A model generated the notes under the pieces. The model made no database searches and was not told where the DNA came from. It worked only from the letters and a program-made list of their open reading frames with translations. 64,000 nt of DNA from Octopus sinensis (lineage: Eukaryota). Of the stretch, positions 1-12,619 are shown piece after piece. The stretch lies in assembly GCF_006345805.1 (NCBI RefSeq), contig NC_042999.1, positions 167,400,001 to 167,464,000 of the forward strand, read 5' to 3'. The first letter of the stretch is position 1; each line of letters starts with the position of its first letter. The position numbers and the translations under genes were made by a program.

Positions 1-225
1 ACATATATATGTGTGTGTCTGTGTGTGTGTGTTTATGTATATACATATTTATGAACATGTATATATGTGTGGGGGGTGCGTGCGCGCGCGCATATTAAAT
101 AGAAAATTTCCAGAAAACCGGGATTGTATTGTTTCCAATTCTCCATCCAGGGTATCCCTGTCTCCGTCCATTTTCCTTCTTCGTCTCCACCTTCAAAGTT
201 TCTTTTTCCTCTTCCCAAACCCGGA

Positions 226-364
226 TGCTGCTGCTGCTACTACAACTACTACTACCACTGCTGCTACCACTACTACTACTACTACCACTACTGCCACTAC
301 TACTACCACCACTACTACTACTGCCACTACTACTACCACTACTACTACTACTGTCACTACTACA

Positions 365-439
<75 letters not shown>

Positions 440-600
440 ACCACTACTACTATTGTCACAGTCGCCACCAGCAACAATACCACCACCAGTAACACAAGCT
501 GCAGCATCAACACTACTACTACCACAACCACCGCTAGTATTACTACTACAAATACTACAAATATCACCACCAACACTACTACCATCACTACTACAGCATT
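226..600. repeat. Compound trinucleotide microsatellite (CTA/CCA/CTG)n
   Basis: Long ctactact/ctgctg runs that explain the poly-T/Y/L/V ORFs in several frames. Confidence 0.95.
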
Positions 601-959
601 ATCTTCTCGATAGTCATCGTCATCGCTGTTGTTTTTAGCCGATTCAGCAGATTCTTTATCAAAGATCTTCCATCGGTGGGCACTGAAGTTTTTCTTTGGA
701 TCAATAGGTCCGGTGATAAATATCGCCCAACACTTGAGAATGTAAATTTCTGCATCATCACAATTATCATCACTACGACCAACCTACTAGTAACCCCCAA
801 CCATCGTTATCATCATCGCTATCATCATCATCATTATCAACCCCAATATCATCTTGAGGATAATTTTACAACATTTATATGAGATAAAGCCACGTGGCTG
901 TGTGGGGCTTGTATATCCCAAGTTGTTAGATATTACTTATCCCACAGATCGCCCCTAAT

Positions 960-1139
960 TGAGTGGTAGTTAAATCCCTCTCATATTGCAATCTAGCGCC
1001 TTAAAATAGGAAGGACGCATTTGATAATATAGCCCTTGGATCTGTCACTCGATCTGTAGCGGAATGATCATGACAGGAATGCTTTTCATGGTAGATCTGG
1101 CTCGATCAGGACTAACTAGGGGCTAAACATCAACAGCAA
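960..1139 (+). mobile_element. Degenerate SINE 3' portion (related copy at about 21200-21385)
   Basis: Ends gctcgatcaggactaactaggggctaaacatcaacagcaa; the 21.2-kb copy shares these motifs and an AAC tail. Confidence 0.5.
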
Positions 1140-1734
1140 GATCCTCGACAAAGGAAGTAAATAAAGCAGTCATGGGCAAACTGAGACCCGCGGGACTTTC
1201 TGAATGGCAGGCCAACGAAAAATTACTGTCATGTTTTTTTTTAGTAACATGACCCACTGACGATGCTCCATGTCGCATGCGACCCTCTTCTCTAAAGAAG
1301 TCGTTCGCATTTGCAATTGAGTCTCTACACGAAGGTTAGATATACTTGGCTTAGAGAGAGAGATACACACACAGACAGACAGACAAAGAATGAGGGTGTG
1401 TGTGTGTATGTGTGTGTGTTGATGAGAAAACAGAATAACGAAAATTGAATAAAAGTCATGTTAAATTCGGAACAATGTACAAGCGATCAGAAATCAACAG
1501 AAGTTTTATAGATCAAAAGAGTATTCCTCGTACCTTAACATTTATATAATGTTTTGCCAAGGAAACCAGACAAATAAAATAATCACGAATGAGAAATATC
1601 AAAGATGTATTGGATAAAATGTATGATAAAGCTCTTAAAAATTGGCGTCTTTTAGTGCAGGATACTGAAGAGAATATATTTTCTGTAAGACATTCCAACA
1701 CCACAGGAACTCCAGAATAATACCCAGACTACAT

Positions 1735-1960
1735 TTCGGCAGAATTGTTAGCACGCTGGGCGAAATGCTTAGCAGTATTTCGTTTGCTGTTACGTTCTGA
1801 GTTCAAATTCCACCGTGGTTGATTTTGCCTTTCATCCTTTCGAGGTCGATAAATTAAGTACCAGTTACGCACTGGGGTTGATGTAATCGACTTAATGCCT
1901 TTGCCTGTCCTTGTTTGTCCCCTCTATGTTTAGCCCCTTGTGGGCAATAAAGAAATAAGA
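1735..1960 (+). mobile_element. tRNA-derived SINE family A
   Basis: A-box-like ggcagaattgttagc, B-box gagttcaaattcc and central gcctttcatcctttcgaggtcgataaattaagtaccag; about 20 related copies in the window. Confidence 0.85.
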
Positions 1961-2879
1961 TATACTAGTAAACGCACCTGTCCTTTGGGCGGTTTAAGTT
2001 GCTTTCGTGGTATTTTTTCACCAAATAATTGAACTACCGTGAAGGTTTATGTGTAGCATGGCAATCTGTTTCCGATTAACCTAGGAACGGAAAATAAAAT
2101 TGAAAGCTGGTTATTGTGGAAGTCGTTGCACTTTGATTATCATAGAACATATAAGTCTGCAAGCGATGCAAAGTAGAGCTACTGAAGTGTTTTGGGAGTA
2201 GATTACGGAAAATGGCTACAAAATATAGTTGTTTTACATGAAAGCGAAATTTCTTGTCAGAAACAGTCACATAAATGGTGTAAGGAAATTGAAGTTGAAA
2301 CTTCCCCTCTGCGAGTTTATTTGTTTCAACAGCAAAGGGAGCTATTTTTTTCGGAGAGAAAATCTAACAAAAGCCCCTTTATTCTATCTTCCCACATAGC
2401 GTGCACATAAACTAACAGCGAATGCTGCATAAAGTTAAATTGGTAAGGAGCTTCCTGAAAGATACTTATAGCTTTCACTAGTGGAAGCAAAACACTTATT
2501 TAAAGGTTGATTCTTTGGGACGAGTCATATGTGAGTGTTTAGAAAAGGCCAGAATGACAATGCTAAAACCTATTTGAAACAATGGACAGCAGTCGAAATA
2601 TCATAATGGCTGGGTAAAGAAACATCCTTAAAGTGAAACAATGGTATAAAAGGTAAAAAAAAAAAGGTATCAACAATCAGAAGAGAGGGAAGGGAACATC
2701 ACCTTTCAAGTAACTCCGAATAGGTAAAGGTAATCTTGCCAAAGTTTAATGCAGTTTTAATATGTAGATTAAGATAGTTTGGTATTGGATATTCATCATG
2801 TATAGTTTTCCTAGTCAACTGAATCACCGTCGTAAGTGGACAGCAGAAATAAATAGATGAAATCCTTTCACTTTTATTA

Positions 2880-3260
2880 AAAGATTAAAAAGAAAATGAG
2901 GGCAAAAAGCATTTGTTTTTTCACAATGAAAAATCGTTTCCTAGTAGCCGGAATTTCGCGACAAAATGTATGTTTATTAAGCACAACAGCCTGCAGGGCA
3001 TGCCGTTGGGCATTAAAAGCCAATCGCACATACCTAGAGGGGCTCTGGACCCCCTTGAATCGATAAAAAATCACTATTTTTGCCATAGCAACCACATCTT
3101 TATAGCTTGTGAATTTTAACCATCGCAGGTCTCATCCTCACCACGCATTTAGTATCCCTGCCAATTTTCAGGTCGATCATAGCCTCGGTTTGGCCGTCAT
3201 TAACCGTTAAAGCAAAATGTGCATACAATTTTCGTCCAAGGACTGTTTTATAGATATAGA
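2880..3260 (-). mobile_element. Helitron-like non-autonomous fragment (5' end)
   Basis: Minus strand begins TCTATATCTATAAAAC, like the other Helitron 5' ends here; no 3' CTAG end located. Confidence 0.4.
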
Positions 3261-4039
3261 CTAAGATTCGTTAAAAATGTCTTATTTAGACACAAGATCA
3301 CACATTGTATATTCGATTCCATCGGCCCCAGTACTTCATTAGCATGTATTTTGTCGACAAGTGTATAATTTCCACCAGAATGTAAAAGAACACAAATAAA
3401 TACAGGCATAGCCTTTTATTTTGTATTCTATTAATTTTGCCACCTTACATCCCTACAACGTCACTATCATCTTTATCGTCATGGTTATGATGGTGATGAT
3501 GACGATGATTACGACCAAGGACCATACATTACCAGAACCTCGGTGATCTCATTTCCCCCCTGCAATACAGTGGAACTCGTTGTTTGGCCGGAAAGGGATA
3601 ATATGAGCCCGTATTTCACGTCTTATTTTCAGTGTAACTGATTCTGAGAAAGTGAGAGAGAGGAGTTGATATACAGCACTTGTCTTGTACTTCATTTCAT
3701 CTATCCTTGAGGGATTAGAATCGGGTAAAAGGCTTTGCTCGATGCTCTATCGAATACACTAATCGACCACTTTCCAGTCCTATCAACTCATACTAACAAT
3801 AGTCATTGTTAGTTTCCTGCTCACACAATTTTATATAGAATTACTCCCCCAAATTCCTTCTCTATCTGTCAATTACTGTTATTTCCCCCCTCCCCCTTGA
3901 CTATTGCGACTCATGACTCGCCATCTATACCTCTACCTCTCACTATTTCTACTTCTCAATACCTTCTTCCCTCTATTCATTCTATTAAGACACCTAACTC
4001 GTATCTCAGCAATTTTTACAAATCTCTGTGATATAATAA

Positions 4040-4253
4040 GCCTTTTTAGTATGGGCACAAGGCCTGAATTTTGGAGGAAGGGTGCTAGTCGATTAAATCG
4101 ATCCCAGTACTCAACTGGTAATTATTTCATCGATCCCGAAGGGATAAAAGGCAAAGTCAACCTCGCGGAATTTGAACTCAGAACGTAAAGCCGGACGAAA
4201 TCGCGCTAAGCATTTTGTCCGGCGTACAAACGATTCGGCTAGCTCACCGCCTT
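4040..4253 (-). mobile_element. SINE family A
   Basis: Reverse complement of the family A head, B-box and core. Confidence 0.85.
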
Positions 4254-4384
4254 TACTATGGTGTAATAATAGTGTTTCGTCGCGGGTATATCTTTATTTT
4301 CAGCGTAAAAGTGTTATTTATGATATGATGGATATTTCGAATAGTAGGATAGTTAATATGAACTAATATTACTTAAACGCAATA

Positions 4385-4612
4385 AGGTCCGCTAGCAGAA
4401 TCGGTTGCCCCTCCCCCGGGCAAAAATGCTTAATGGCATTCCATTTGTCTTTACGTTCTATATTCAAATTCCTGCTGGATCGATTTTTTTTTCTTTTTGC
4501 CTTTCATCCTTTTGGGAGTCGATAAAATAAATAGCAGTTGAGCACTGGGTGGATGTAGTCGACTTACCCCTTCCCCGAACTTGTTAGCCTTGTACCAATA
4601 TTTGAAGCCAAT
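4385..4612 (+). mobile_element. SINE family A
   Basis: gctagcagaatcg head and gcctttcatccttttgggagtcgataaa core. Confidence 0.75.
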
Positions 4613-5909
4613 ATTACTTATATTATAATTATGGTTTTAATGTATGTTGAATTACAAGCAAATTTATTTATACTAAAAACAAATTAATATATTATCTTTG
4701 AGAATATTATCGATATATTACAGTATTATTGTAATCGATACTGCAATTATTGTTACAGATAACAAAGTCTTTGTAAATAGAGATAGAAAAATATTTTTGG
4801 TTTGATTTCATTCTTTTATTTGTTTCAGTCATTGGAATACAGTCGTACTTGAAGGTTAAGTAGAACAAATTACTCCCTGTATTTATATTTTTAAGTCTGG
4901 TCTTTACTCTATTTATGAAATCTTCATGTACCTCCAAGATAGTTAGAAACGTCAGAGCAGATGTGCGAGGCTTTTGCTCTCCCTCTCTCCTACCAGCTAA
5001 CTCCACACACTCCAAGAGTGCATCCAATATTCTGTTTCAATCATTCACTAATAGTAAAATGATGGATATTCCTAAGACCTTCACACGCCTGAAGAAATCT
5101 GACCACCCCAGCCCTGTTAGGGCGGCTACTAATACTGAAGATATGACCTGCTGGTCACATCCAATGCTACCAACTTACCTATTGTTAATGAGGTCGTGAT
5201 GGATAAAGAGGGGAAAAGTGAAACGGGCTTCGCCGTGTTCCTGTAGAAGGACAAATATTCCATCCCTGTCTCTGGTTGCGTTTCCACGAGTAAGATTTCA
5301 TTCGGTCTTTTGTTTTTATATTCCTTCGGAAATCTATTTCATCGGAATATTAGTTCTTATTTTGTAAACTGTTGTATGTGTTGTGTGTTGTTCCGTTGAC
5401 TTTTATATGTCTGTATGTTATTCGTTGGTGTAAAGTACTCCTCATATGCAATGCTTATACGCTGATGTGTGTGAGTCATTAATTTATGTTCTTTGCGTTT
5501 ATGGCTGTGTAGTTAATGATTTTCTTTTTGTTTTACTTGTGTTGGGGATGTTGTTCTGACTGTTGACGTGGGTGTGAATGAGGTTGTGCTTGTGTTCATA
5601 GGGTTGGTGATGTTTGAGATGGTGGTGGTGATGTTGACAGTTTCGGCATCGTTGTTGTTGTAGGTGGTATTGTTGCTTAAATGCATCTTTCCTACGTCTC
5701 CTGTTACTTCGAACCTCTCAGATATTTTTGGTGGCACATTTTTTCTACGTTTATTTATTTGCTATGCAAAATTCTTGATGTGAAATCGTATGTTGAAACA
5801 GATATTGTTATACTTGGGGATGGTCATGTTTTGTCAATTAAGCACAGCACTATATTTGGTTTTTACTTCAGATTTATTATCATTTTTGCTTCTTTGTCGA
5901 AGCTCAGAG

Positions 5910-5950
5910 TCATTGAAGAAGTCACAGGGTGTGTGACGAAAGACCTATGA
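5910..5950 (+). ncRNA. Degenerate minimal type I hammerhead-like motif in a Penelope-type terminal repeat
   Basis: tca-TTGAAGA-a-GTCACA(gggtg)TGTGAC-GAAA-gacc-TA-tga; a related motif is on the minus strand at about 28660-28703. Confidence 0.5.
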
Positions 5951-5968
5951 AAAAGAAGCAAAATAATG

Positions 5969-6032
<64 letters not shown>

Positions 6033-6037
<5 letters not shown>

Positions 6038-6243
6038 CTTTCTATGTAATCTCAAGTTTTAAAACAAACATAATTTTCGTATGTTTTTTTTTAGACATTC
6101 ACTAGTACAACACTAAATACAAAACCAAATATATGGCACACTAGGCATAACAACAACATGAACTTCCAACCTGTTGTCTCTTGAGGTCTCTGGGTGAGAC
6201 TTGGAGCCAACTTGTACAAATATAAAGCAAAAGTCAAACATAG
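6033..6243 (+). mobile_element. 5'-truncated R4/Dong-like copy (last codons plus 3' UTR) inside (TAA)n
   Basis: Closely matches the 3' end of the 52064-55275 element; (TAA)n on both sides. Confidence 0.85.
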
Positions 6244-6255
6244 AATAATAATAAC

Positions 6256-6321
<66 letters not shown>

Positions 6322-7120
6322 GCTGAAGTAAAGACCAAACATATAGTGTGTGTTCAATCGGCAAAATACGAGCATCTCCAAATATAACTAAATGATACTT
6401 TATATTGCCTTTCTATTAGACACTTCACAATTTCTTTTTGTTGATGATTTTGTCGTTCATTCTTCGATGTGGTGGCCTTTCAGGGTCGCGCCTCTTGTTT
6501 TGTTGCTGTTGCTTCTCCTATTGGTGTTATTGTTGCTGTTACAAGTGCTACTGCCATTTCTGCATCTGGCGCTGCAGCCACTGTTGCTGCAGGTGTACAC
6601 TATTGTTGTTGTTGTTGCTATTATGTTAGTGCTGTAGTTGTTACTGTTGTTGGTGTTGTGATGTTGTGCGTTGATGTTGTCATGTTGACAGCTGCGGGGG
6701 TTTTCTTCCAGTAGTCACTTTCTGTTATTGTTTTTAGGAGGAGAATACCTAGAGGTGGCCGGTGTTGCTATAATTGTATCATCTGGGTTTTCTATCCTCT
6801 ACTACCAGCTCGCTACTTTTTCAAAGTAATAATTTAGGCTCAAGGACAGCGGTTTGAGGGCCGGATGTTAGTCTGTTACATTCACACCAGTCCCACAGTG
6901 ATGAACTTTCTCCTTCTTTCATTCTTTCTATCACTTTCTATCACTCTGGGGATGAAACAGATAGGTAACCTTAGTAGAATTTAAGCTCAAAATATAACGA
7001 GCAAGTGGAAGTACTGCCTTAAAGGTTCTGCCAGCTAACTACCTTTATAATAATAACAACAGCAACAACAACAACAACAATAATAATTAGGAAAAGGAAA
7101 AGGGAAAAACAGGGGGGAAA

Positions 7121-10100
7121 AGGAAAATATAATGACCTTAGAAAAAACAGCCAGGAAAATGATGTCGAATTAGAATTTGAAGACCACATATTTGCTGAAC
7201 AACACAGAAAACCTATCATTGAAATGAAGCAGGAAGTTCTGAATGAGCTTGCAGTTGTAGGGCATACAGATATGAATGATAGGGAACCACTCCATAAACT
7301 CTCAAATGCACACCAACATAAAACACAAATAAAAATTGGCAACTGCGTTACACAAGAAATCATACAACAACTAAAACCCGATCTAAATAAGTTAATTGAA
7401 ATTATTTACTCTGTTGCTAAGGTAATCGAAAGACGCTGTTTAACGCCCAAAAAGCCAACAATACCAAATTCGAAAAGAAAATCAAACTGGAGGAGTAGAA
7501 TTGAAACTGAAATTGAATCATTGCGAAGGGAGATATCAATATTAACTGAGCTAATCTCTGGAAATTGTATAAGATCAAGAAAAGGCAGGAAGATTGTGAG
7601 AAAATATGGACACTCAACAAGAAAAGAACTAATGTCAGCGAAAGAAACACTTAAACGAAAAGTTCAGGCAAAAGCTCAGAGAATACGCAGATTTGAGAAA
7701 AGAACCAAATTCTACAAACAAAATAAGATGTTCAAATCCAATGCCAAATCATTTTATAGGGAAATAGGGAAAGAAAAAATAACCATTGAAAATCCACCCC
7801 TAATGGAAGAAGTTGAAAACTTTTGGAAAGAGATCTGGAGTGATGAGAAACCATACAATGAAAATGCAGACTGGATCAAACGCACCCAAGATGCCTACAA
7901 AAATCTACAAGAACAGGTATTGGAAGACATCTCAATCGCCGACCTAAGGAGGACACTAACGAAGGCTCATAAGTAGAAATCCCCTGGTATTGACAGAGTG
8001 CCAAATTTCTGGCTCTCGTCATTATCGTCCGCACACAAGATAGTAGTAATACTAATTAATAACATTATGAAAGAGCCGGAAAAACTCTCCATTGGATGGC
8101 AAATGGTATTACTTACCTCCTCCCCCAAAATAACGAAACGAAAGACCCAAAAAACTACCGGCCTATAACATGTTTGTCTACTACCTATAAGATTTTGATA
8201 TCTATTCTAGTGGAGAAAATATATACGTTTATGGAAGAGAATAACCTCTTTCCCACTTAACAAAAAGGATGCAGACGAGGTTCATACGGATGCAAAGATC
8301 AGCTCCTAATTAATCGCATGGTCCTTGAGAATTGCCATAACAAGCGCAGAAATTTCAGCTCTTCATGGATTGATTACAAAAAATTCTTTGACAGCATACC
8401 GCATTCGGGGATACTGAAATCGCGGGACATTTTCAAAATTTCTCCTGTTATTTCAGATTTTTAAAAAATATAATATGTCACTATGGAACACGAAGCTCCA
8501 ATTATATCATTCTAATGGAGTATTGCGCTCAAACAATATTAGTATAAACTGTGGCATTTTCAAAGGTGACTCACTTTCACCATTAATTTTCTGCATAGCG
8601 CTAATACCACTCTCAAGTGAACTGAATAGAACAGGATATGGCTACAAAATTGACAACAGGAAAATAAGCCATCTATTTTATATTTTTATTTTATATGGAT
8701 GATTTAAAACTATATGGCAAAGATGATGAAGAGCTTGAAGGACTCTTACATATTGTGAAAGGATTCAGTGATGATATCGGGATGGAGTTTGGCCTTGAAA
8801 AGTGTGCCAAATCCACTTTTAAGAAAGGGAAATTGGTCAAGTTCAATCGAATTAGATGTCGAAACAGTAATAAAGGAACTTGAGCAGGAACAAACCTATA
8901 AATACCTAGGAATAAATGAAGGGTCAGGTATCCAGCATGCAAGCATGAAAGAGAAGGTTAGGAAGGAATGTTATAGAAGAGTTCAAGCAGTCCTGAAGTC
9001 TGAACTGAATGCATATAATAAGGTGTTAGCCATAAATTCCTTAGCAGTACCAGTTGTTCTTTATAGCTTCAATGTGCTTAACTGGAATACCAGTGAAATA
9101 ATGAAAATTGACAGAAAAATCCGCAAGCTACTGACTTGTAATAAGATGCACCATCCAAAGGCAGACGTGGATCATCTTTACCTTCCCAGAGCTCAGGGAG
9201 GTCGAGGTTTGATCCAGCTTGAACTTACATACAAAACTACCCCAATCGGACTGGCCAAATACCTTGAAGCAACCAACGATTGGATGCTAAAACTTGTTGA
9301 AAAACATGAAAGACCGAAAAAACCTCACTCTATACTGAAAGAGAGCAAAAAGTTCGCTACTGATCTCTTAGATACCCACCAGATTGATCAGGCTGAAGTT
9401 AATGCGCCAAATGCTGCAAAGAAATAAAATTGATTGCAAAGACAAAAGCGCATGAAAAATTAGCGAGCAAATGGGAATAGAAACCTTTCCATGGCAAGTA
9501 TGTGGCCCGTAGCAAACAAGCTGATGTCGACCAGAAACACACGCACCAATGGTTACGAAGCTCAGGGCTAAAAGCAGAGAGTGAAGGTTTCATATTAGCT
9601 GCTCAAGACCAAAGCTTATTAACCCGGAACTACCAAGCCAATGTGATAAAAAAATGGAACTGACCCAAAATGCCGATTCTGTAACGATGAGATTGAAACA
9701 ATAGACCACTTAATCTCAGGGTGTAGAGTCTTAGCACCTGTAGAATATAAAGCAAGACATGACAGAGTCGGCCAGTATTTACACTGGACAATATGTCAGC
9801 ATTATAAAATCAAAACCGCTGACAAATGGTATAAACACCATCCTGAAGCTGTGACTGAGGGAGAGAGTGTATCGATTTTATGGGACTTCCCCGTACATAC
9901 CGACAAAACTATAAAAGCTAATAAACCGGATATTATCATAAAAGATCAGACAAAAAAGATGTGTTTATTAATTGACATGAGTATTCCCTGCGATCACAAT
10001 ATAGCGGCGAAAGAATTTGACAAGATTAATAAATATAAAGACTTGCTAATAGAAATTGAAAAAATGTGGCATCTCAAGGCGACTACAGTACCAGTGATTG

Positions 10101-10410
10101 TAGGATCTCTAGGAATGATAAAAATAGGTATTGAAACCTATTTGAAAATGATACCAGGTTTACCATCTCTACAGGAAGTACAAAACATCGTATTAACTGG
10201 AATGGCTCATGTACTGAGAAGAGCATTATCGCTGTGAAAACAACATCCATTCATGAATCTATTTATTCATTAATTTTTTAAATACATATTTTGTCTGTGA
10301 ATTTGCGTGTGTAATCTGGGAATGCATGCAATGAGCTTCTCTGCCCTAGGTGTACGGAAAACACTCGGCGAGAAACGGAAGAAAATTTGAAGAAAGAAAG
10401 AAAAAAAATG
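7121..10410 (+). mobile_element. R4/Dong-like non-LTR retrotransposon (RT plus CCHC plus RLE), 5'-truncated and frameshifted
   Basis: NYRPITCL, QKGCRRGSYGCKDQL, GIFKGDSLSPL, YMDDLKLY, CRFC..ETIDHLISGC, RHD, KPDIII..IDMSIP and KYKDL motifs across ORFs 7224-10237; (TAA)n tail. Confidence 0.92.
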
Positions 10411-10458
<48 letters not shown>

Positions 10459-10474
10459 TAATAATAATAATAAA

Positions 10475-11170
10475 TTCTACTAAAGGCACAAGACCTAAAA
10501 TTTTTTGGTGGGTTCAAATCGATTATATCAACCCCAGTGTTCAGCTGGTACTAGTTTTATCGACACCCGACCGGATGAAAGACAAAGTCGATCTCGGCAG
10601 AATTTGAACTCAGAGCTCAAAGATAGACGAAATGCCGCTAAGTATTTTACACCCCCGTGTAAATAATCCTGTCAGCCCGCCACCATAATGATAATATTAA
10701 TCCTTTCTACTAAATGCACAAGGCTTGAAATTTTGGGAAAGGGGACTAGTCGATTACAACGACTCCAGTCTTTCACTGATACTTAATTTGTCGACCGCGA
10801 AATGATGAAAGGCAACGTCGACCTCAGCAGAATTTGAACTCAGAGCATAAAGACGGACGAAATACCGTTGAGCATTTCGTCCGACGTGCTCATGATTCTG
10901 CCAACACGCTGCTTTCAATAATGAAAATAATAATGTTAATAATAATAATAATTTTGGCACAAGTTCACAAAATTTGTGTTGGGGATGTTGTTCTGACTGT
11001 TGACGTGGGTATGAATTGATACCTTGGACCCGGCACTTGATTGGTATTTTATTTCATCGACATCAAAATGATTATAGGCTAAGTTGACCTCCATGGAATT
11101 TGAACTCTCAGAGTGTAAAGACTCGGAACAAACACAGCAAAGCAATTTTTCTAACGCACTAACATTCCTG
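10475..11170 (-). mobile_element. Three tandem SINE family A copies
   Basis: Three repeats of gaatttgaactc (reverse B-box) with core and tail motifs at about 10475-10685, 10700-10912 and 10955-11170. Confidence 0.8.
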
Positions 11171-11715
11171 ACTGTCATTTTGATGATGATGACGACGACG
11201 ACAACGGTGAGAACGACAATAATAATAACAATAATAATAACAATGCTGATAAAGGTGCAATGTAATGTTAACCGCTCACTATTTTCAACTACGCAGCCGC
11301 CTTTACTACTCTCCTGAAAAGTAATGTTACCATTAAGAAAGCAAATGAAAACAACTTGGATAACTTAAATTACAAAGCAAATAACGGAGAAAAACCTACT
11401 CAGAGATATCGTTACCGTACGTATATCAATTTATATACCATGAAACATCAACAAATTATACAACAGCTCTGTAGAAAAAAAAATGACGAACAGTATTGCG
11501 ATCTTGAAACAATTGCAAGCACCCGTGTCAGACATCTGGTGAAATCTAAAAAGATGTAGGCATTGACCTCCTGTCTTAGATTAAAAAAAAAGGAAAATAT
11601 TTGAAGATCAAACAGTTTTTTTATAAACACACTCTAGATAAAAGAAAATAAATTTGATATTTAAAAAATCATCAAAAATTGGTTCCGGTTGTTTACGATC
11701 TGAGCTCAAATCCTG

Positions 11716-12619
11716 GGATCTTTTCCTTTTCATGGGCAGTTCAATTAATTAATTTTCTTTAACTAAACACATTAAAACTTCGTATACTGGTAGAATGTGT
11801 CATATCAAACATCTTTTACTTTTAGCGTAGTTGAGAAAAGTTTCTGTTTTCGAAGTTATTTCGTGTTAAAATTATCGCATTTCGGTAATTTCAACCAATC
11901 AATGACGTGTATTCAGTTGAATAAAATTACTGCCGTTGTTTGTCAACAACAACTTCCGGCGGTGTATATTTCGTTTGTCACTGTTATTTATGACATCGTT
12001 CGTGCGTTTGTACTGGTTTTAGCCTTAAAAAATTTACAATTTTTCTATTTAGGGTTAAGGTTAAAGTTTTAGGGTTAGGGTTTTAGGGTCAGGGTTAGGA
12101 TTTTAAGGTTAGGGTTAGGATTTTAGGGTTAGAGTTTTAGGGTTAGGGTTAAGGTTGGGGTTTTAGTATTAGGGTTACGGAAAAAAGTGAAAAATGAAGA
12201 AATTGGAGGTGGGGTAAAAGGGGCCAAAATATTCAGGAAAACAGGGATAAACCTAAAAGCAATAGAAATGCACGAACGATTATGGTGGTGTCATGAAGTA
12301 AACGTGCTTCAGATACACCCGTTTATTCATACTAATGTAACTGAGATGATATATGTCATAAATAACAGTGACAAACGAAATATACACCGCCGGAAGTTGT
12401 TGACAAACAAAAGCAGTAATTTTATACACGTCATTGATTGGTTGAAATTACCGAAATACGATAACTTTAACACGAAATAACTTCGAAAATAGAAACTTTT
12501 CTCAACAACGCTAAGAGTAAAAGATGTTCTATATGACACATTCTACCAGTGTCCGAAGTTTGAAAGTATTTAGTTTAAAAAATTAATTAATCAAGTTGCC
12601 CATCATAAGGAAAAGATCC
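11716..12619. mobile_element. Non-autonomous DNA transposon (Merlin-like MITE) with about 280-bp TIRs and 8-bp TSD
   Basis: Starts GGATCTTTTCC and ends GGAAAAGATCC; 11716-~11996 is inverted at ~12353-12619; AAATCCTG flanks both sides (11708-11715, 12620-12627); interrupts a SINE B-box. Confidence 0.85.
12049..12177 (+). repeat. Degenerate telomeric TTAGGG/TTTTAGGG array inside the MITE
   Basis: ttagggttaagg...ttttagggttagggttttagggtcagggttagg read directly. Confidence 0.9.

Larger units (their letters stand above)
639..5199 (+). pseudogene. Spliced TNF-superfamily ligand-like pseudogene (exons 639-741, 1562-1684, 2333-2442, 4829-~5199)
   Basis: Four exon blocks with AG acceptors, GT donors on the first three, and matching phases (0,0,2). 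The joined translation includes SSHI (AHL-like), CHWNTVVLEG, IFKSGLYSIY, LQECIQ and FTRLKKSD, resembling TNF homology domain strands. It has several in-frame TAA/TAG stops and a frameshift near 5050. Confidence 0.45.

Noticed and set aside
11-638. Long ORFs with poly-Thr/Tyr/Leu/Val (mucin-like), and the many YI/HT/CV/poly-Ile ORFs elsewhere
   Set aside because: They are stop-free translations of microsatellites, open in several frames.
4932-5240. Two phase-compatible minus-strand exon candidates (5179-5240 and 4932-5031)
   Set aside because: The second acceptor is weak, the product is unrecognisable, and the plus-strand TNF-like reading explains the region better.
12049-12177. True telomere or chromosome fusion scar
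   Set aside because: Short, degenerate, single orientation, and enclosed by TIRs with a TSD.
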